Source: a virus (Duplodnaviria > Caudoviricetes). From it: a stretch of DNA of 32,049 bases. The notes under the pieces were generated by a model, which was not told the origin of the DNA, did not search any database, and was given only the letters and a program-made list of their open reading frames with translations. Shown piece after piece: positions 1 to 8,166 of this stretch; within the stretch, counting starts at the first letter, position 1; the number at the start of each line of letters is the position of its first letter. The DNA lies in the IMG/VR virus record IMGVR_UViG_3300006904_000017, positions 1 to 32,049 of that record. One strand, 5' to 3'. The position numbers were made by a program, and so were the translations under genes.

Positions 1-123
1 TTGCTGCTCAGTATCCCAGTAGACGACCTCGATCCCTGGCCGAAGGTTGCTGACGTTGACCGGCCTGGCTACTCTATCCACCAGCATGGCACCGGCATCT
101 CGGCTGATTGTGAACTTCATCAT
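1..123 (-). CDS. Tail-fibre-associated/assembly protein, N-terminal part (runs off the window)
   Basis: Read manually: MMKFTISRDAGAMLVDRVARPVNVSNLRPGIEVVYWDTEQQ. Its ATG overlaps the TGA of 120..380, and it lies just downstream of the tail-fibre genes. Confidence 0.6.
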   Translation of the reverse strand, partial: MMKFTISRDAGAMLVDRVARPVNVSNLRPGIEVVYWDTEQQ

Positions 124-380
124 CTACCTCCTGGAAGCATACCTGTCGCTCGCTGCATCAGGATCGTTCCCGCCGCAGCGTTGATTTCGTTCGCCACCTT
201 GTCCGTGCTAGCTGTATTGTGGTTAGTTTCCTTGGCTATCTGGATTAGGAGAAACGGCATCCAGCCTAGCACGCAATCGTGCTCGGTTATGGTTTCCTGA
301 GGGTTGTTCACGGTGACTGGCCGCCAGAGCATACACTTGTCGCCAATGCACGGCTCTTTTAGAAACGGGCAGGTCTTCAT
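120..380 (-). CDS. Cys-rich phage protein downstream of tail fibre
   Basis: 86 aa beginning CPFLKEPCIGDKCMLW and containing DCVLGW. Translationally coupled to both neighbours. Confidence 0.75.
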   Translation of the reverse strand: MKTCPFLKEPCIGDKCMLWRPVTVNNPQETITEHDCVLGWMPFLLIQIAKETNHNTASTDKVANEINAAAGTILMQRATGMLPGGR

Positions 381-1210
381 CAGTCGATGCTCGCGATGAT
401 GCAGTCAGCGTACTTGATATTGAAGCTGTTCAAGGTATGAGCGTGCGCCACTCCGCTGCCTGAACTGTCCGTGGAGGTGCGACTTGACAGGTACCCGCTC
501 GCGTCTCCTCCCCATCCAGGGCCGACACCGAAGCCCACTCCATCTCTCCCTCCTCCATGCGCGTGAGGTCCGTTGTGGCCTTCGCTGAGGGAAAACCCCG
601 CTGTACTCTTCCCCGAGCCGAAGTGAGTAGTGAACGCGTCCGCTCCGCCTGTGCCAACCGTCCCTGTGGTAAATCTCAGCGCCGCGTTGTCGTACTGGGT
701 ATTCGTGATCTTGGTCCAGCCGGCAGGCGCGCTCGTCTGCTGAAACAGCATTCGAGTTCCGGTTGGAAACGCCTTGACCGTAGCAGGCACGTCCTGATAG
801 GCCAGAATCATAAAGAACTCTGTCCCGTCGCAGAACAGAAACCCGCTGTATCCGTTAGGTATAACCATCGACGTAGCACCATTGACCTTTTCCACTCCAG
901 CCGGGTCAATAGTGACGTTGCCACCTTCCGCTCGGATGACAGCCATCCAGTTGCCGAGAACGGAGGCAGAGGCTGGACTCAGCGTCGCAGTAGTCGATAC
1001 TCTGACCAACGACGAGTTGTCATTGATATCCAGCGCCGCGCTCGCGGCTACGTTCCTTCGCCTCCAGATCCGGCCATTGAAGCCTGGGAAGGTCTGCTTG
1101 AGAGACTTCTTCAGGTTCCGGATGTGGTCGTCACCTTCGTTCAGGAAGTCCTGAAACGTCGGCGCCGTAGTGTCCAGGTCGTTGATAAACTGTGGGTTCT
1201 CAAGAGTCAC
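380..1210 (-). CDS. Tail fibre protein with collar-like C-terminal domain
   Basis: N-terminal anchor-like EGDDHIRNLKKSLKQTFP. C-terminal FPTGTRMLFQQTSAPAGWTK and HAH motifs are typical of collar/fibre-tip domains. GTG start. Confidence 0.75.
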   Translation of the reverse strand: MTLENPQFINDLDTTAPTFQDFLNEGDDHIRNLKKSLKQTFPGFNGRIWRRRNVAASAALDINDNSSLVRVSTTATLSPASASVLGNWMAVIRAEGGNVTIDPAGVEKVNGATSMVIPNGYSGFLFCDGTEFFMILAYQDVPATVKAFPTGTRMLFQQTSAPAGWTKITNTQYDNAALRFTTGTVGTGGADAFTTHFGSGKSTAGFSLSEGHNGPHAHGGGRDGVGFGVGPGWGGDASGYLSSRTSTDSSGSGVAHAHTLNSFNIKYADCIIASID

Positions 1211-2858
1211 TTAATGGGGCCCTCTTAGTCCAAACCTGCTCTTCCTTAGGATCCGTACGCTCCCAGGCGCCAAGCCTCTTCCTCAGAACGGCAGGGCTAC
1301 CTTGACAGGTAAATATCCCTGTATCGGCCACGAGTACTTTGTTGATACTGATAGGGAAGGACGCATCCTGGCCTGTCAGGTTGAATACTCCCGTGCTCGC
1401 CGACAGCACGCGCGTCCGCGCAAGGGTTGCGGCCTGTCCAGAAAGGTTAAACGTCCCTGTAGCAGCAACGAGAGTTTTGTTATCAATGAGCGGAGGGAAC
1501 GACAGTGTAATCAGACCCTGCCGCTGGGCGGAAGTAAGCGTAGCGGTACTGCTTCCAGTACTTCCAGCGACGTCCTTGTATCCTTGGCCTATGAGGGTCT
1601 CCGATCCTGACCCAATGATCGAGGTGGTATCTCTCCGCTGCATGAAATTCCGCAGGTTCGCGTTCGCCCATCCAGCAGGATCGCTAATCCGACCTGTGTT
1701 TCCGTCAATGGAGCTGGTGCTAATGTTGAGGACGAGTGAGTTGTCCTTGAGAGTCGTGATGCTGGGGAACGTAATACTGGTTATCTGCGATCCAGCGATG
1801 GTTCCCGCCCCTGCATCGAACGGGTCGCCAGTGGTCTTGGCGTTCCTCACTGTGAGAATGAACGCTCGGACGTGATCGCTACTGAATCCTACAGTTGGCG
1901 CGCTTTCCGCTCCAGATGCCGCTCGCTTCCAGAATACGGAGAGGATGGATTGAGATCCCCCTGACACACCGTCTATCTGCGGGCTGCCAGTGACGTGCGC
2001 CCATCCACTCGGCGCCGAAGGCCCGGAAGCTCCGGCTGACTCAACTATCAGCAGACCAATGTCATTCGTCTGATGTGGTGGCCAAGTTGGATTTACCGCT
2101 GCGGAAATCGACTCAACGTCTGCGCCCTCGCTCATCACATACGCAGCGTTGGTTTCCGGCATAGTAGCTGGCGTAAATCCTATCACCATGCCAGCCCAGT
2201 GAATGCTAATACTGGAAGTAACACTAAAGTTGTTGATCACTCCCGCTACGGCTTTCTCGCCAGTCGCAACACCAAGCCCAGATCCACTTCCAATAATGCT
2301 GGAGCTGTCAATCCGCTCGATTATGTTCGCCAGCGAGGAGTCCGTCCACGCGCTGAATATCGTACTCGAAGCAACGTCAATCCCATGACTTACAATCGCC
2401 ATCACCAGGCAATCGGCATTAGACGTCGTACCCGCAGGGATGCTCGGGTTGGTAGTCTGAGTGTTCTGGCTCTGGTTTCCGTTGCAGAACTCAAACGGAT
2501 TGCCTGTCGCCGCGCAGCCACGAATCGTAACTATCACTGCCCTAACGTGGTCAGCCGAGCCTCCGGACTGACTCGGGTGTACGTCTACGAAGCCGACAGT
2601 CGGAGCTGGCTCCGCACCTGAAGCCGCCCTCTTCCAGAACACTCCCAGCTGAGGGTCGACCCCAGCCGTACCGCCACCTCTCGGAGAGCAGGGAAACGGC
2701 CTGAATCCCTGGTCCGTCGTGAGCTGAATCCCATAGCTCCCAGTCTCGACGATCAGGATGCCTATATCCCCAGCCTGATGCGTCGGCCAAGCAGGCGAGA
2801 CCGCTCCGGAGGCGCTCTCCACAATCGTTCCCGTCGCTTGGTATACCGGCAGCGCCAT
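1200..2858 (-). CDS. Beta-rich virion/tail protein with internally duplicated domain
   Basis: 552 aa, S/T/G/A-rich. Two copies of P.WP.HQ..DIG.LIVE / VFWKRAASGAE.APTVGF / DHVRA, plus three C-terminal L.A.TG.F...G repeats. Confidence 0.75.
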   Translation of the reverse strand: MALPVYQATGTIVESASGAVSPAWPTHQAGDIGILIVETGSYGIQLTTDQGFRPFPCSPRGGGTAGVDPQLGVFWKRAASGAEPAPTVGFVDVHPSQSGGSADHVRAVIVTIRGCAATGNPFEFCNGNQSQNTQTTNPSIPAGTTSNADCLVMAIVSHGIDVASSTIFSAWTDSSLANIIERIDSSSIIGSGSGLGVATGEKAVAGVINNFSVTSSISIHWAGMVIGFTPATMPETNAAYVMSEGADVESISAAVNPTWPPHQTNDIGLLIVESAGASGPSAPSGWAHVTGSPQIDGVSGGSQSILSVFWKRAASGAESAPTVGFSSDHVRAFILTVRNAKTTGDPFDAGAGTIAGSQITSITFPSITTLKDNSLVLNISTSSIDGNTGRISDPAGWANANLRNFMQRRDTTSIIGSGSETLIGQGYKDVAGSTGSSTATLTSAQRQGLITLSFPPLIDNKTLVAATGTFNLSGQAATLARTRVLSASTGVFNLTGQDASFPISINKVLVADTGIFTCQGSPAVLRKRLGAWERTDPKEEQVWTKRAPLSDS

Positions 2859-3277
2859 TAGCTATCTTGCAGGATACCTGTCGCTTGGCTGAAGTCGACC
2901 GTCAGCGCTTCGTTCACGTTCAGCGTGAATGCGCTACTATAGTCCCACCAGCCGATGAGCTCGTCGTTAAGAGCCGTATCGTTATAGAGCACGACATACC
3001 TGGCCGGTCCGATTGACCCTCCGACAGCCGTGATGACTGGATCATCACCCAGCAGTTTGGCAACCCCTGCCACTTGCGAATAGCTCGTGTTCGCGATAGC
3101 GACTCCGCCGGCAACATAGCCATTCCCGGCCGCGATCTCGACTATATCCGCCTTGACCGAGTTCCCTGCCACTGGCGCCACGTTAGTGAGCATAGCCTTC
3201 AAGACGTCCGTGTGCAGGTTGTGAACCTTCCGCCCTCGCGCCTCGACGAAAGAGTTGAACTTGTTAAACGCTGCCAT
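2858..3277 (-). CDS. Conserved phage structural protein
   Basis: 139 aa (MAAFNKFNSFVE...EIAAGNGYVAGG...LIGWWDY). TAATG coupling on both sides within the tail module. Confidence 0.75.
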   Translation of the reverse strand: MAAFNKFNSFVEARGRKVHNLHTDVLKAMLTNVAPVAGNSVKADIVEIAAGNGYVAGGVAIANTSYSQVAGVAKLLGDDPVITAVGGSIGPARYVVLYNDTALNDELIGWWDYSSAFTLNVNEALTVDFSQATGILQDS

Positions 3278-3921
3278 TAGCCCATTCTCCTCGAGCGGTT
3301 AGCTTCCTCGCGGGCAGTAATCATGTTCTCCAGACGCTGCATGCCGCGCTGCTGCTGCGCCCCAAAAAGCTGAGTGAGCTCTTCATCCTTGAGCATCTCC
3401 CCAGCAATGACTACCCCAGTCTTGGCGATCAAGAGACCTGGAACCCATTTAAACCACTGGTTTTCCGAGTCCTCAGTATCCTCAGGCGGTGGCTGCCGAC
3501 CGTAGTACGAGGGATATCTCAACGTGTACTCGAGGTCCGGAGTAGGCCGCAGGATGATGTAGCCTCCGAGTATGGAATACAGTTGCGGAGGCCCGGCCTC
3601 GGCGTCGTCAGGGACTCTCAACCTCCCCTCATCGTACCCCACCTTCTCGAGGTCGACGATAGAGCCATCATCCTGCAGGAGGGTCACGTTGTCGTCCTCG
3701 ACTTCCATGATGAAGTCGGTAGGAAGAATGATCCTGGGCTCATCGGGCACTGTGAGAGTCGTCGCCTGCTCCGAGATCAGGAACCACGGCAGTGCCTCCA
3801 TGGTCTCCAACTCCTCTGCCTGCACCAGTGCCATCTCATCCAGACAGGTGGCTCGAAGTACAGGCGACGTGCGATTACCGAGTCGCCGCATGAGGATGTC
3901 GAGACACTTCTTGACGTTCAC
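3277..3921 (-). CDS. Head-tail adaptor/connector-like protein
   Basis: 214 aa. LPTDF, GPPQLYSI...IILRPTPD.EYTL and ENQWF..VPGLL match the pattern of podoviral adaptor proteins. Position between capsid and tail genes fits. Confidence 0.7.
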   Translation of the reverse strand: MNVKKCLDILMRRLGNRTSPVLRATCLDEMALVQAEELETMEALPWFLISEQATTLTVPDEPRIILPTDFIMEVEDDNVTLLQDDGSIVDLEKVGYDEGRLRVPDDAEAGPPQLYSILGGYIILRPTPDLEYTLRYPSYYGRQPPPEDTEDSENQWFKWVPGLLIAKTGVVIAGEMLKDEELTQLFGAQQQRGMQRLENMITAREEANRSRRMG

Positions 3922-4244
3922 GAGAGCACCACCTCGTCTCCGTTGATTACGAGGACCAGAACGAGAGTAGTACTACCAAAGGCCTGGATAATTTCTGTCG
4001 CCTCGAGGACATGGTAACAGAAATGATCTTTCTCGCTGTTCGCGGCGATAGGGAACGCATCGAAGATCCTCGTCGCAGCCGTATCAGCTCCAATTGATAG
4101 AGTGAGGTTCACCGCGTTACCGCTCGGATTCGAGATCCTAATGTGCCGCAGGATAGCTCGACGATTCGCTGGCACTGTGTACTTTGTTGCAGCAGCGTTT
4201 GTCAATTGCGCTGGACCGAATAACCGCTTTGGAATGCGTCCCAT
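3918..4244 (-). CDS. Small beta-rich virion protein
   Basis: 108 aa with RLFGPAQLT...YTVPA...I.ISN. GGAGG RBS. Its TGA overlaps the GTG of the next gene. Confidence 0.75.
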   Translation of the reverse strand: MGRIPKRLFGPAQLTNAAATKYTVPANRRAILRHIRISNPSGNAVNLTLSIGADTAATRIFDAFPIAANSEKDHFCYHVLEATEIIQAFGSTTLVLVLVINGDEVVLS

Positions 4245-4246
4245 GC

Positions 4247-5386
4247 TTAACCTCCGTAATCCCTTCCGTAGACCTGAAAGCCAGAACCGGCATTGAGGGT
4301 AATGCTTCCGCCTGCCGTCCGCAGTTCAACTGAGTTGATCCGAGCCGTTGTATTCACCCACTCGAATCCACCAAACTCGATACCTCCCGCAGTAGCTGCG
4401 GCTCCTGTCGAGGTTTGTCCGAGGACTACACCTGTCTTCGACCTCGTAGCGGGATTGCTAATCTTTACAAGAGCGCTCCGCTGGAGAGTAGTAGTCAGGG
4501 CGAACAAACGCGCAAGTGTTTGGCTTACGTTCTGGTTGTTGACAAGCGTAGTTGCACCAGCCGCCGCACTGATGTATCTGCTCCAGTAATTGGCTCCCGC
4601 ATCTCCGTTGAACCTCAGCGAAGCGATATCTCCACCACTGTACCCTGCAACCGAGACGATGACGAGAAGTTCATCTCGAGGACGAATTGACAGTACACCA
4701 GTCGTTACTGCCGCTCCTGCGAGCCTCAACCCTCCTAGGTAATCCCAATCAGGCGGAATTGGGAACCCTACATACGGGAGGTCCGTATGCTCCTCTGGCA
4801 ATTCCAGAAATGGAAGACTTAGAGGACTATCACCTCCACCTCCAGAACTCCCAGCTGGGCCTTGCGGCCCCTGTATTCCCTGCGGTCCTGCAGGCCCTTG
4901 AGGCCCTGGAATGAGAGTTGGCTCTGCTGGCTCGTCTGGAGGCTCAGGTAAGATTGTAAGGCCTGCCAGACCTTGCGGTCCTGGATTTCCTTGGATCCCC
5001 TGAGGTCCTTGAGCCCCTTGTGATCCAGAAGGTCCTGCAGCACCCCTGAGCATGAGCGGCTCATCAGCTTCCTCTGGTTCCTCAAACAGAATAAAGGGAG
5101 AATCTCTCCCCGCTGGGCCAGTTGGGCCTGCTGGTCCGGGCAAGCCGCCTGCTCCGGCTCCAACTACCTTCAGTTTATGTACCAACCCAAAGACCGGATC
5201 GTTCACTACCTCCGTCGCCAACCTGGCCTCGCCCGCCCGAGTGGAAATCACCAACATACTGTCCACTCCAGTCCCGTCTGCGAGCTCCGGCTTCTGCAGA
5301 GTGCCAAACTCTGGATCGACTTCGTTGACTGTCGCGATCCGAGCCTCACCTGCACGAGTAGCGACAGCGAGATAACCATCAGCCAT
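4247..5386 (-). CDS. Collagen-like (Gly-X-Y) virion fibre protein
   Basis: Three GXY runs (GPAGPTGPAG, GPQGIQGNPGPQG, GPQGPAGPQGIQGPQG) and a beta-rich C-terminal domain. Start moved to ATG 5386, which overlaps the end of the upstream gene. Confidence 0.8.
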   Translation of the reverse strand: MADGYLAVATRAGEARIATVNEVDPEFGTLQKPELADGTGVDSMLVISTRAGEARLATEVVNDPVFGLVHKLKVVGAGAGGLPGPAGPTGPAGRDSPFILFEEPEEADEPLMLRGAAGPSGSQGAQGPQGIQGNPGPQGLAGLTILPEPPDEPAEPTLIPGPQGPAGPQGIQGPQGPAGSSGGGGDSPLSLPFLELPEEHTDLPYVGFPIPPDWDYLGGLRLAGAAVTTGVLSIRPRDELLVIVSVAGYSGGDIASLRFNGDAGANYWSRYISAAAGATTLVNNQNVSQTLARLFALTTTLQRSALVKISNPATRSKTGVVLGQTSTGAAATAGGIEFGGFEWVNTTARINSVELRTAGGSITLNAGSGFQVYGRDYGG

Positions 5387-5651
5387 CGAGCTCCTCGTCA
5401 AACAGCTCGGCAATGTCGTTATTGCTGGCCAACCTCACCGTGCTGACGTCCATCCCGATCGAGGCGGAGCCATCGCCACCCTGATCCATGGGGTCTCCGG
5501 CGTGTTCGCTCACCTCGGAGACCGTTCCGTAGAGGACGATACGCACTTTCGACCCTGCGCGGATCTTTTCCTCGTTCACCAGCCCGACGTGGTCGCCCTG
5601 CAGGTTGATATGTGCAGAGCTGGTGATTGGTCTGTCTGGGCTCGTCGGCAT
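5379..5651 (-). CDS. Hypothetical protein
   Basis: 90 aa, MPTSPDRP...DEELDG. TAATG coupling with the upstream gene gives start 5651. Confidence 0.7.
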   Translation of the reverse strand: MPTSPDRPITSSAHINLQGDHVGLVNEEKIRAGSKVRIVLYGTVSEVSEHAGDPMDQGGDGSASIGMDVSTVRLASNNDIAELFDEELDG

Positions 5652-6052
5652 TACTGCCTCACGATAGTGGCGGTGAAGGTGAAACTGGGCGTAGTGCCCG
5701 AGATGACCCACGCGCCTCGCACCACAGCCGGTACTTGGGTCACGAATAGCACACATTTGTTCACCGCTGTGATGGCAGCACACGAGCCGAGGGTGTAATT
5801 CACTCCATTCACGATCCCCTCGAGCGAGAACGTCATGCTGGGAGAGGTTCCGCTCACTGCGGTCACGTTCACCAGGACGAGTACGCCCTCGTTGAAGTAG
5901 TCGATCTGGCTGACGTTCGTATCTATGTTATTTCCCGTCCCTGTGGCCGTCTGCGCAGCGCTCGGAACGAGCAGAATCTCGCGATACGACTGCTGGGCTT
6001 GCGCCGTCAGCGCCGCGACCGCCAGAATGAGTGCGAAAATGAGCTTCATCAT
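5651..6052 (-). CDS. Beta-rich protein with Sec-type signal peptide
   Basis: MMKLIFALILAVAALTAQA-QQ has a basic n-region, hydrophobic core and AQA cleavage site. The remainder is S/T/V-rich beta strands. Confidence 0.75.
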   Translation of the reverse strand: MMKLIFALILAVAALTAQAQQSYREILLVPSAAQTATGTGNNIDTNVSQIDYFNEGVLVLVNVTAVSGTSPSMTFSLEGIVNGVNYTLGSCAAITAVNKCVLFVTQVPAVVRGAWVISGTTPSFTFTATIVRQ

Positions 6053-6756
6053 GCTTCTCCTATGACCTTTGGCCCCTCGTCTTCAACCAGAACCTTCTCC
6101 CCGACGACTTCGTGTGTGTATCTGAACAGACCCCAGTGCCCGACCTCGTCAGAGAGCCGATGATCGACCCAGATTTTGTATCCAGCAGCCTCAAGTGCCT
6201 CACACATTGACCAGTCTTCACCCTGATAATCTTGTAATTCTTCTTTCCAGTCAATTGCGAACACGCGAGCGCCAATTTTCTCGAACACTCGCACGTCGAT
6301 GAGCATGATTCCTGTGCCAAGACGCCAAACCACCTCGAGCGGTGGCGAATCAGGATCGGTGAATACTTCGTCTCCTCCGGGGTTGGGGGACTTGCTCCGA
6401 GCAGTAGGCTTGGAAGGCACCTGCTTGATCGCAATATTGCAGCCAACCACGTCTTTACCCAGTTGAAGTAGCCGATGTGCTGTGTCACGCGGAAAATCCT
6501 GGTCCGTATCCACGAAGAGAATGTGAGTAAACTTCTCCTTGAGCGCATGCTGGACCAATTTCGATCGAGCACGGCTCAAAATGGACCCTGAGAGCACCAT
6601 CGGCTGCATCCGCTGCTCACGGAATCCGGGCACTGGTGTACTCATCAGGTACCCCATCATGTTGCAGAGACTCATGCCGAAGTGGCGAACCCAAAAGTCT
6701 CCGCTCGGGATGCCTATGAGCAGGTTCAACTTCCGTTCAAAGCTAAATACTTTCAT
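6049..6756 (-). CDS. Glycosyltransferase, GT-A fold (GT2-like)
   Basis: THILFVDTD (DxD), GTGIMLID, GEDWSMC, IWVD...VGHWG. Confidence 0.8.
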   Translation of the reverse strand: MKVFSFERKLNLLIGIPSGDFWVRHFGMSLCNMMGYLMSTPVPGFREQRMQPMVLSGSILSRARSKLVQHALKEKFTHILFVDTDQDFPRDTAHRLLQLGKDVVGCNIAIKQVPSKPTARSKSPNPGGDEVFTDPDSPPLEVVWRLGTGIMLIDVRVFEKIGARVFAIDWKEELQDYQGEDWSMCEALEAAGYKIWVDHRLSDEVGHWGLFRYTHEVVGEKVLVEDEGPKVIGEA

Positions 6757-6771
6757 ATCAGCTCGCTGTAG

Positions 6772-6804
6772 AAGGGCACATTAATGTGCTATTAACATGC
6801 CCTT
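6772..6804. promoter_or_regulatory. 33-bp quasi-palindrome, copy 1
   Basis: AAGGGC-AC-ATTAA-TGTGCTA-TTAAC-AT-GCCCTT. Contains the perfect palindrome GCACATTAATGTGC (6776-6789). Confidence 0.65.
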
Positions 6805-6811
6805 GTTTCGC

Positions 6812-6868
6812 TCAGTAGCCCGGGAACGGGTTCTTCCGCTTCGAGCTACCCTTGCGCTTCTTCGCCAT
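6812..6868 (-). CDS. 18-aa basic microprotein
   Basis: MAKKRKGSSKRKNPFPGY with an AAAGGAG RBS, located immediately after the capsid stop codon. Confidence 0.55.
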   Translation of the reverse strand: MAKKRKGSSKRKNPFPGY

Positions 6869-6888
6869 CACTGCTCCTTTCCCGTGGC

Positions 6889-8148
6889 TTACGGCACCAC
6901 GAAGTTGTGAATCCACATCATCGTCTTGGCGTGCTCCATCTGGAGACCGCACTCCGTCAGCCACTGGCCCTTCTCCTCGTCGGCGTCGTTCGCCTGGATG
7001 TTGTTCTGGGCCTTGGTATCCCGCAGGTAGCGATACCCGAGGCAGCTCGGATCGATGATCAGCAGGTCGTTCGTGAACCTGCCGTGAGTGTTGAACAGCG
7101 GATGGGTTCGCACGAAGAAGTCCCCTTGCGGCAGGACCCAGTTCGTGAGCCGCATCCCGTACTCCCTGACCACGCCGTTGTAGTTGATGCGCGTGGAGGC
7201 TGCCGACTTGGCCAGCTTGTTGAGAGAGTTCAGGGCGCCGTTCCCGCCGAAGACGATTCGCTGATCGCCAGCGTCGGTCGCGTAGTCCCAGATGGGATAG
7301 ATGGCATCGAGCAGCGCGCTCTCGGTCGGCGTGGTAGTGAACGCCACGATCCGGCTGGAAGCATACAGGCTCAGCAGCTGCAGCAACCCCGCGGTGAAGC
7401 GGAGCGGCTTGCCTTGAGGCCCGACGGTCTCGAACCGCTTGCCGAACAGGAAGGCGAGCTCGAGCGCGACGCTGTGGTCGAACATCTTCCGCTTCTTGTC
7501 GTTCGTCAGCACCGGCCCGGTACGAGCGCGCGTCAGCTTCGCAGTCTCGGTAACCCGGAAGGCGGTCTTGAAGATCTGCGTGTAATTGAAGATCTTCACC
7601 GGGTTCCGGGTGCTGGCATCCGGCGACAGGCTCCCTTCCTCGAAGACGTTGCCGATCTTCGTCAGGAAGGTCGCCGCAGCGATGCCCGCCGCCGAACTGC
7701 CCGCTTGACCTCGCTTGGCTACGAAGGCCGAGGCGCTGGTGATGCTCGACACGACGAGAATCTCGTGCGTGTAGGCGCTCGTGATCGCCGCTTCCACCAG
7801 CAGCACATCGCCGGCGACCAGGTCCTGCGCATTGCCCTGATCGACGCCGATCGCAGTGGAGCCGGCCGCCGCACCTGTGGCGTCGACTCGCAGGCGGATC
7901 GCATTGAGCTCTTCTTCCCAGTGGGCGAACTCAGGGTCGTCGACCTTCTTCGAGCTGGTCTTGGAGAGGAATGCCGTCAGGGGTGCGCTCCCGTTCGGCC
8001 TCCGCCACAGGATCATCTCGCGGAAGTTCTTCGGCCTTTCGTCCGTACCCCAGTCGCCGGTCCCGCGAAGGCCGGCTACCGCCGTGAACCCTGCAACCTG
8101 ATAGCCGTAGGGGCCGAACAGGTCCAGGAACTTCTGAAACAACCTCAT
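6889..8148 (-). CDS. Major capsid protein
   Basis: 419 aa with strong codon bias and GGAGGT RBS. Contains GLRGTGDW...RPKNFREMIL, NYTQIF, ELAFLFG and WLTECGL. Follows the portal and scaffold genes. Confidence 0.9.
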   Translation of the reverse strand: MRLFQKFLDLFGPYGYQVAGFTAVAGLRGTGDWGTDERPKNFREMILWRRPNGSAPLTAFLSKTSSKKVDDPEFAHWEEELNAIRLRVDATGAAAGSTAIGVDQGNAQDLVAGDVLLVEAAITSAYTHEILVVSSITSASAFVAKRGQAGSSAAGIAAATFLTKIGNVFEEGSLSPDASTRNPVKIFNYTQIFKTAFRVTETAKLTRARTGPVLTNDKKRKMFDHSVALELAFLFGKRFETVGPQGKPLRFTAGLLQLLSLYASSRIVAFTTTPTESALLDAIYPIWDYATDAGDQRIVFGGNGALNSLNKLAKSAASTRINYNGVVREYGMRLTNWVLPQGDFFVRTHPLFNTHGRFTNDLLIIDPSCLGYRYLRDTKAQNNIQANDADEEKGQWLTECGLQMEHAKTMMWIHNFVVP

Positions 8149-8166
8149 GTTTACCTCCAGTTAGAC

